A DNA stretch of 64,000 nt from Octopus vulgaris (Eukaryota): assembly GCA_951406725.2 (NCBI GenBank), contig OX597829.1, positions 32,364,001-32,428,000 on the forward strand, written 5' to 3'. The translations under genes were made by a program, and so were the position numbers. Each line of letters begins with the position of its first letter. Position 1 is the stretch's first letter. Below the pieces are notes generated by a model. That model worked only from the letters and a program-made list of their open reading frames with translations. It was not told the origin of the DNA and did not search any database. Below, piece by piece: positions 1 through 64,000 of the stretch.

Positions 1-353
1 AAACAATAATTACAAGAACAGGAAAAAAAAAAAAAACAGGTCATTCATGGCCTTCTTTCTTCAGTCAAGTTACCAGATGTCCTTGCAGTTTCGGGCAGTT
101 ACACTTGAGACTGTTCAATCTGGTTGTCCCCCAAAAAGTCTAAGCTAAAAGCATAGAATTTTTGTAAGAAAGGTAGCGAATGTGTACAGCATCGAAGACA
201 AAAAAATGGAGAATATGGTACACAATTACAGATACAAACAATATTGATGCAGCATGGCCACTGTGGTTACAGTACTTGTGTTTTGACCATGTGCTTCCAG
301 ATTCAGTCACACTGAGAATCATTTTGGGCAAATGCCTTCTGGTGATTAAAGTA

Positions 354-403
<50 letters not shown>

Positions 404-1060
404 TTAAAATTCATATTCCATGCTAGCATTGGCTGGACAGTTCAACAGGGTTCAATGGGTCTAGGAATTGTATCATGCTCCTGTGTCTACAACTGTATGT
501 CCTTCCTAACACCAACTACGTTACAGTGGTGCTTTTTACATGCCACTGGCATGTATGTGAGATCACCATGCAGCTTGTAAAACTATGAACCAAGAGAGAG
601 GCAGCTGTATGTTAGGAGTTGAGGGTTGTATATCTCTATTCACATATATATATGAATAGCAATATTGTTCTCTATTCGTATTCATCTATCATTATACTTT
701 ATACTACTTTAAATGTGTAGCACATTGTTATTACATTGTTATTATACAGAATTCCTTATATCATAAATTAACTAGAAAATATCACATAGTTTGTTATATT
801 GACTGATTGATCAATAGAGAGTATCTCTGGTATATCTCCCAAGGATACTTTAGCGAGATACATGCAGGAGTGTTAAAAAATATTTTTTAATTAAATCTTT
901 CTTACCTTGTGATGAACAGATCCATTGAACCCATACCAATATGGAAAAGTGAGTATAAAAATGATGGTGATGTTATGTGCAAATATGTGTATGTCCATAC
1001 TCTATCTAATTTTCCTCAATTCATGTCTTCTTATTTCTATCTGTTCTTTTCTTTCCACAG

Positions 1061-56069
<55,009 letters not shown>

Positions 56070-56097
56070 TAATGCTCATTAAGTGAAACACAGACTA

Positions 56098-56476
56098 TCC
56101 ACTTTCATAGGAGAAGCCACTGGGAAACACCACAACATACAACAAATGTACTCGCCCAGACAGTGCAATGGAAAAAACATACAACATCTAGAGTACTTCT
56201 CTTTCAGACAGACCAACACTGTGGGGGTGGGAACCCTTCCCTCTAACAAAACACACACACACACATATATACAAACACATGGTATCCCTTTTCGGATCAA
56301 TACAGTGGGGGAAAAGAAAATGAATGAAAAACATATACAATACACTTTGTCCACTTTCAGACCAGCCCAGTGGAGGGAGTGGAAGGAAACATTATAACAT
56401 GCAATGTCCATTTCCAGACCAACTAAATAATGGAATGATATAGCTTAAAGAATCCACTTTCAGACTACTTAATGGA
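56098..56476 (+). repeat. degenerate 7-unit TCCACTTTCAGAC...TGGA stem-loop array in the proximal 3' UTR
   Basis: Units start near 56098, 56149, 56197, 56285, 56350, 56407 and 56453. Confidence 0.7.
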
Positions 56477-56774
56477 AAATAAAAGCAAAATTATACACAA
56501 GTATAAATACATACACATAAACACACACAAGTACGGACAATTTATTGAACCAAAATCAGAAAATGAAAAGAAAAAAAAATACTAATAAAAGGATGTTAAG
56601 GAACAAAATCAAATACTCCCATTTTCCCTTTTACAGAACTTTACAAGGAAAATATAAGACTGTTTGTGGAGAGGATAGGGAGGGTGGGTGAGATCTTAAT
56701 AGTAAATATATGTGTGCATGTATGTGATATGTGTGTGTCTGTGTGCATATTTGTGTGTGTGTTACATATATATA

Positions 56775-56815
<41 letters not shown>

Positions 56816-56939
56816 TACACACATAGAGATATATGTATATATGCATATATATATATATATAATATATATCTTTATATATGTATATATATTAATATATATA
56901 TAGTGTGTGTATGTGTGTGCATGTGTATATATATATGTG

Positions 56940-56985
<46 letters not shown>

Positions 56986-58138
56986 CTTGCCAGCCATGTC
57001 ATTGGAATTTAGCTTTGCTTCACTTCTAAAACAAGAATGTTCTTTTTTCCTCTCTTTTTCATATATATATATATATATATGCACACACACACATACACAC
57101 GCATGTATTATATATATGTGCATTTTAATCTGCGTATGTGTAATATATGTGTGTATGTATGTGTATATATAATTATATATATATACATACATACATATGT
57201 GTGTGTATTCTTACATGCATTATATATATGTATGTGTGTATTGTGCATATGTGTGCAGTTTGTATTTGTGTGTATATGTATCTTTACACACACACACACA
57301 CATATCATGTATGCTGATACTTTTTATGAAATCACTTTTAGTGCAATCTTCCAATTTAGCCTCTAACCCCTGGTCCTATTTGATCTTGTTTTATATTTTT
57401 CTGTTGAGCAAGTAAACTAATCGTGTTAAAGACATACATGTAATTCTATTGTTCCAAGAACACATTATATCAATAATAATAATAATAATTATTATTAATA
57501 TTTTTATTATTATTATTATTATTTTCATTGTCCACAGTAAATTTTTTTTGTTGCAAAGATGATGATGATGATGACGATAATGATGATCCTGTTGCCACTA
57601 TTAAATACACAATAATTATGTCATCCATTCACTCCCTCCCACAAATCTAAAAAAAAAAAAAACCTTCTCTCCCTTCAGTATCTTCCCCCATCTAGGAAAT
57701 TAAATAAAAATAAAATAAAATTTTAAAAAAATTTGAAAAGTTAATGAATTATATAATAAAATGTAAACTACACACTAATTCTTGGTCTTTTTCACTACTT
57801 ATGAGGATCATAGAATTGTATTTAGTCATCACAGTTGAAACCCTCATAAATGGAACAAAATCCCGAATTCTGTTTTTTTTTTTTTTTTTTTTTTAATTAT
57901 TATATTTGTAAAAGAAAATGTTTGAAATATTTTTTTTTTTCCATTCTGTACATGTTCTTTCTTCCTAGTGACTAAGGAAGAAACATTGTTGGTTAAAGAG
58001 GAAACTTTTCGACAGAAATTGTTATGGAATAAAAGAGAGAATAAAGAATTAAATAATAAACCAGAGATTACATCAATAATTACTAGAGTTTAAGCGATCA
58101 AAACCAATTTAGGAAAGGGGTTGAATATTCTTACGCGT

Positions 58139-58460
<322 letters not shown>

Positions 58461-58556
58461 TTCTGCCCCACTCTATCCCTTTCTTGACATTGAGAATGAT
58501 TTTTCTGTCTGTTTAACAATTCAAACTGGAATTTTCTGTGTTATATGGAAGTTGGC

Positions 58557-58587
<31 letters not shown>

Positions 58588-58742
58588 TTCCTTGTTGTTA
58601 CTGAAACAGTTAATAATGAACAATTAAGCAAAAATGAAAATAATTAAATAAATGGATATATTTAAAAAAAAAAAGAAAAACAACAAACAAGCAAAACAAA
58701 TAATAATGCTGGTTAATATTAAAAATATATGTGGAGTGGAAT

Positions 58743-58748
58743 AATAAA
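58743..58748 (+). terminator. candidate distal polyadenylation signal
   Basis: AATAAA with downstream ttttctgtgtttc. Confidence 0.35.
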
Positions 58749-59374
58749 AACCTTATTTGAAGAAAGCTAAATTAATTGTTCAAATATTTTTCTGTGTTTC
58801 TCTAACTTGCCCATACTTCACCTGTTTGTTCATTTGAAAGACAACCCTTTTATTTGTATACACACACAAACACTCACACACACACAGAGTCTGTCTGACC
58901 ACCCCTCTCTCAGCATGGCTATGTGGTCAGGGAGTTTGCTTCTCAGCCATATGCTTCTGGGTTCAATTCCAGTATGCTGCATCTGGGGCAACTGTTTGTC
59001 TTTGGCTGACCAGAGCCTTGTGAATGGATCTGGTAGATGATGGTAGACAAAAACTGAAAGAAGCTGGTCATATGTTTGTGAGTACACCCTTGGCTTGGTA
59101 TCGTTCAATAGTTGTAAATGAGTGTCATTGTCATACAAGCAGTGTTGTTTGCTTTCAGTCTTCCATGAAAACCATGTTCAGCTATGGAGAAAACATTAAC
59201 TTGTGAGGAAAGTGGAAGTTGAAATGATGAGGAAGCTGGTGAGACATGTACCATCATTATCATTATTTAACATTCGTTTTCCATGTTAGCACAAGTTGGA
59301 TAGTTTAACAGGATTTGGTGTGCCACTGAGCTGCATTATGTTGCATGTCAGCTTTGGCTTGGTTACTCTGACTG

Positions 59375-59945
59375 TGTAGAATGACCGTGCGAAAGGAGAG
59401 GTGATGAATGAATGACTCCTTTAATACACTGCACGGTCGCTTGCAATAAAAGCAAAAAGGATAAATGAGTATGAGTGCCAGAAAGGAAAGAAAGAAGACA
59501 CAACCGTAGAATGTTAAGAGAAAGGTTTTATTTATGTGTTAGCAGAGTGTGTGTCTGTGTGTGTGACATAGTACATATATAATAATAATAGACAGGCCGT
59601 CATGCATACATAAAGTGTATGTGTCTACAAACAAGGGTGTATGCATGTGAGATAAAATACAGAGCATAGAAAGAGACTACAACAGGAATCAAAGTTTTAT
59701 AGCAAATTATAGGCTCAAATGGAGCTTTAGAAAAACTGTGTCATGGGACCTTATCAGAAGGCTGCGATTGGTTGGGTTGCACATTGGCGCACAATAGAGC
59801 AAGAGACAAATTGCGCCAATACCAACCAATCAGAGTAGTGGACACAACAGGGTCCAAACAGCCGAAGGCTAGCTGTTATCTGTTACGTCTGTATTTATGT
59901 TATATATAACAGAGAGAGAGAGAATTTCACTAAGCGTCTGTTACA
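59375..59945 (-). mobile_element. solo LTR (571 bp), Gypsy-like
   Basis: TGTA...TACA termini, 4-bp TSD ACTG (59371-59374 and 59946-59949); on the - strand CCAAT, TATA-like and AATAAA occur in order; interrupts an older repeat. Confidence 0.75.
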
Positions 59946-60869
59946 ACTGGATGCCCTTCTTTAATAATAACTACTTTTACAATGTGTATAGGGTGGTTTT
60001 TAGTGCAACTGGCACTTGTGAGGTTGGAAAGTAACTTGCAAGAGAGGACAAAAAATGAATTGAGGGATCCCCTCCACTAAGTAGGGGAGAGGTGGTTTTA
60101 TGACAGGGACAAGCAGAGGTGCTTTGCTAAGGAGAAGATACATGGTTACTCTACATTATATAAGGGTAGGTGGGAGTAGCTGGGAAGAAGATGAGATGAT
60201 AGTGATGAGATAAATGATATGGGCAGTGGATCAGCAGGGGGCGGCTGTTATAAGAGTGTGAAGGAAGAGTAACAGATGAGAGATAGGAGTTGAGGTGAAT
60301 ATAGTGAGTGATGAGTGGGAGTGTGGCTTGATGGGAAATATCTGTATGGGATTAGGGGTAAAGTGAGATAGATAGAAATGGATCAAAGATACAGGGTGAT
60401 AAAGCAAAGCATATGAATGCTGGGGAGATAGATGTAGAGGTACATAAAGATGGCTATTGTGAGTGGGCATGGTAGTAGATATTAGAGGGTGCTGGGAATG
60501 ATAGCAGATATGACAGGTGTTAAGATGAAGTATGGTAGAGGACAAGGGAAAGGATGAAAATGAGAAAGAAGGACGGAAGTTGAGGAAGGTAGCAACTGGT
60601 TGTGTAAAGGTGATATGTTCCAAAGTGATATAGATGTTGGAAGAGAGTTTGGGACATGTATACATATAGGCAAAAAAATAAAACAAAAGTCAGAAGGATT
60701 TACTCAGTGAATGTATTAGGTTGATGGTCAGTTTCAGATGGAAAAGAGAAAGGTGTGAGATTTCAAGCATGGTTCTTTGTCAGGAAAGAAGAAAGGTCCA
60801 GAGAGAAGGAAGAGTCTGAAAAGAGCATGTGTGTAATTACATGTCTCTCTCTCTCATATATATGTATGT

Positions 60870-61202
60870 GAAGGCACATGGCTCAGTGGTTAGAGCATCG
60901 AGCTTACAATCGTGAGGTTGTGAGTTCGAATCCCGGACCAGGCTGTGTGTTGTGTTCTTGAGCAAGACACTTTATTTCACGTTGCTCCAGTTCACTCAGC
61001 TGTAGAAATGAGTTGCGACGTCACAGGTGCCAAGCTGTATCAGTATTTGCCTTTCCCTTGGATAACACTGGTGGTGTGGAGAGGGGACGCCGGTATGCAT
61101 GGACGACTGCTGGTCTTCCATAAACAACCTTGCCCAGACTTGTGCCTGGGAGGGTAACTTTCCAGATGCAAGCCCACGGTCAGCCATGACCGAAGAGGTC
61201 TC
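60870..61202 (+). mobile_element. tRNA-derived SINE
   Basis: TGGCTCAGTGG / GTTCGAATC boxes; same family as 5107-5435. Confidence 0.85.
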
Positions 61203-61474
61203 AATATTTATATATGTATATGTATAAACACACACGCCTAATCCATTTCCAACATTCTTGACAATGCTGCTAGAAATATTGACCAGCCTTCTCTCCAATC
61301 CCATTCTATCATCTCTGAAAACAGATGGAATTGTCACAATTGCAATGCCTTTCATAATAAGGTCTGATCATTGACAACTGGCCTGGGGCTAAACAACTGC
61401 ACACATCTGTTTCCTGCTTGTCAGCCATATTTTGTTGGCTTCCTAAATTTACAAATCTACTGATTAAGGCTCCC

Positions 61475-62505
61475 CAGACAAAATGCTTAGCAGTATTTGA
61501 TCTGTCTTTATGTTCTGAGTTCAAATTTTGTCAAGATCAGCTTTGCCTTTCATTCTTTTGGAGTCGATAAATTAAGTACCAGTGAAACACTGGAGTTGAT
61601 ATAATCGACTGGTCCCCTCCAGCAAAATTTCAGGTCTTGTGCCTTTAGTAGAAAGGATTCTTCTTATTTAAGAAGGGAGCAAGTTGGCACAATTGGTAGC
61701 AGGCCAGACAAAATGCTGAGCGGTATTTCATACGTTCTGAGTTCAAAATCCACCAAGGTTGACTTTGCTTTCCATCCTTTCAGAATCAGTAAAATAAACC
61801 TTCTAAGCATAGGGGTTGATCTAATCAACTAGTCCCCTCCCCCAAATTTCAGGCCTTGTGCCTAGGGCTTTTAGCAGAATCATTAGAGTGTCAGACTGGC
61901 AGTATTTGTTCTAGTTCTTTATGTTCTGAGTTGAAAACCTGTTGTGGACAATTATGTCTTTCATCCTTTTGGGGTTGATGAAATAAGTACAAGATATGTA
62001 CTGAGATCAATGTAATCAACTAGCCACCTCTCCCCAAATTTCTGGCCTTATTCCTATAGTAGAAAGGATTATTATTATTAAGGTGGTGAACTGCCAAGAT
62101 TGTTAACACATTGGACAAAATACTTAGCCGCATTTTGCCCATCTTTGTGTTCTGAGGTCAAATTCTGCCAGGGTCAACTTTGCCTTTCATCTTCTTGAGG
62201 TCGATAAATTAAGTACCAGTTGAATACTGGGGTCAATGTAATCGACTATGCCCCTTACCCAAATTTCAGGCCTTGTGTCTATAATAGAAAGGATTATTAT
62301 TATTTAAGTAGGTGGTGAGCTGGTTAAATCATTAGCTCACTGGAGAAAATGCTTATTGGCATTTCATCTATCTATATGTGTTGGGTTCAAATTCTGCCAA
62401 GGTCAATTTTGCCTTTCATCCTTTTGGGGTCAATAAAATAAGTACCAGTTAAGCACTGAGGTCGATGTAATCAACTGGATCCTTCCCCCAAATTTCAGGC
62501 CTTGT
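61475..62505 (+). mobile_element. head-to-tail array of 5 SINE copies (about 200 bp each)
   Basis: Five successive gacaaaatgct...ttctgagttcaaat...tttcatcc...aagtaccagt...aatttcaggccttgtg units. Confidence 0.8.
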
Positions 62506-62776
62506 ATTAGGGTATTTTTTATATAGATTTACATACAATGTACTCATCAACATGCCACCAGTGAATGGAAAAAATATAAAAGCGTTTAATCCAAACAAAG
62601 AATGGAGATGATTGTATTTGTTGTTTACTGATCATAAATTTTACTCTAAATATTAGACCAACCGTAAAACACTATCATTATGTGTGTTTAAAAATTGTTT
62701 GGAGGTGTTATTTGGGTAAATTAGGAGGACAAGTTGAGGTTTTGGGACAAGACCTGTTTTTCCTCATATATTCTAT

Positions 62777-63067
62777 TATTTTGTTGTGTCTGGGGAGAGT
62801 CATTTTCTTTTTGTGCCTTATAATTTAACACACTCACCAGTAAAATTTCCAAATTTCCACTTATTTCTTATTTTATTTTCCTAAAATTTTTGTTGCGTCT
62901 TGCAACTTTTTCAATAGTCTTTTCAATAAGACTATTGAAAAGGTTGCAAGATGCAATGAAAATTTTAGGAAAATAGAAATAAGAAATAAGTGGAAATTTT
63001 ACCGGTGAGTGTGTTAAATTGTAAGGCACAAAAAAAGAAAATACTCTCCTCCAGACACAACAGAATA
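62777..63067. repeat. palindrome, about 140-bp arms and 6-nt spacer; probably Penelope-like
   Basis: ...ttttcaatagtctt-ttcaat-aagactattgaaaa...; arms match with scattered substitutions and one 8-nt duplication. Confidence 0.85.
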
Positions 63068-64000
63068 TGCTTCGACACACGAACTCATATAAAGAATCTT
63101 GAAAACCAAATCCCAAAACGAAACATTCATGATAAACAAGGATAGATGTACTAATAAAATACTGGAGATCAATAAAATCTACAGGCCCCCCACATCCAAT
63201 ATCTGACCTTGTGTGCTTGTCAGAAAATTTATTTAAACAGGTGAAGGTGTGACTATGTTTTAAAAAGCTTGCTTCCCAACCACATGGTTCCAGGTTCACT
63301 CCCACTACGTGGTACCTTGTGCAAGTTTCTTCTGCTATTAGCCCTTGGCCAACCAAAAATCTTTTAAGTGAATTTGGTAGATGGAAATTGATGAAAAAAA
63401 GCTCATCATTTATTTCCATGGGGAAATATTACCTTGTTTATAGATAGGAAGGGCATTTGGCTGCGGAAAAATCTACCATTATAAATTCCACCGTACCCAT
63501 GTAAGCATGGAAATGTGGACGTTAAATAATGATGATGAGCACTTAACTGGTCATATCCATTCATCAGCAAGTGTCTTCTATTCAGAGAACAAAGAATTCT
63601 ATTTGGTAGATGGAAACTGATATTTTCAGACATTATTCCATGTATTATCTAGGTGATGTCCTAGCATGGCCGCACTTCAATGATCGTTACAAGAAAAAGA
63701 TGAAAGATTATGTTTATGACGTCAGAACTACATCATCCAATGTATTTTCTTTTCTACTCTAGGCGCAAGCCCTGAAATTTTGGGGGAGGGGACCAGTTGA
63801 TTAGATCAACCCCAGTACCTAACTGGTACTTAATTTATTGACCCTGAAAGGATGAAAGGCAAAATTGACCTTGGCGGAATTTGTACTCAGAATGTAAAGA
63901 CAGATGAAATACTGGTAAGCATTTCACCCTGCCTGCTAACGATTCTGCCAGCTTACAGCCTTACTCTTTTACTTGTTTCAGTTGGGACTGTGGCCATGCT

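Noticed and set aside
60231-60686. 151-aa minus-strand ORF
   Set aside because: Low-complexity purine-rich repeat; no recognisable domain
62868-63419. 183-aa minus-strand ORF
   Set aside because: Spans a SINE and a palindrome arm; no protein signature

Overview
AT-rich, microsatellite- and SINE-dense animal DNA. The repeat families look like those of Octopus (inferred, not checked). The window holds the 3' half of one + strand gene, the invertebrate JIP3/JIP4 (MAPK8IP3/SPAG9, sunday driver/unc-16) motor-adaptor and JNK scaffold. I traced 14 homology-supported coding exons with consistent GT-AG phases from 1061 to the TAA stop at 56067-56069, plus 4 small symmetric phase-1 exons inferred from splice signals, and a probable 3' UTR to about 58.8 kb. 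Introns carry decayed mariner, piggyBac, R4/Dong-type and Tx1/L1 fragments, MITEs and many tRNA-derived SINEs; a solo LTR lies downstream. The most interesting signals are at RNA level: (i) two sense-strand minimal type I hammerhead ribozyme motifs in introns (54077-54164, and 4826-4868 inside a 158-bp-arm palindrome); (ii) a 7-unit stem-loop array with compensatory changes just after the stop codon; (iii) a 42-nt candidate cassette exon behind six ACTAAY (QKI/HOW-type) motifs; (iv) several long dsRNA-forming inverted repeats. All of this was read by eye; no alignment or folding program was run.
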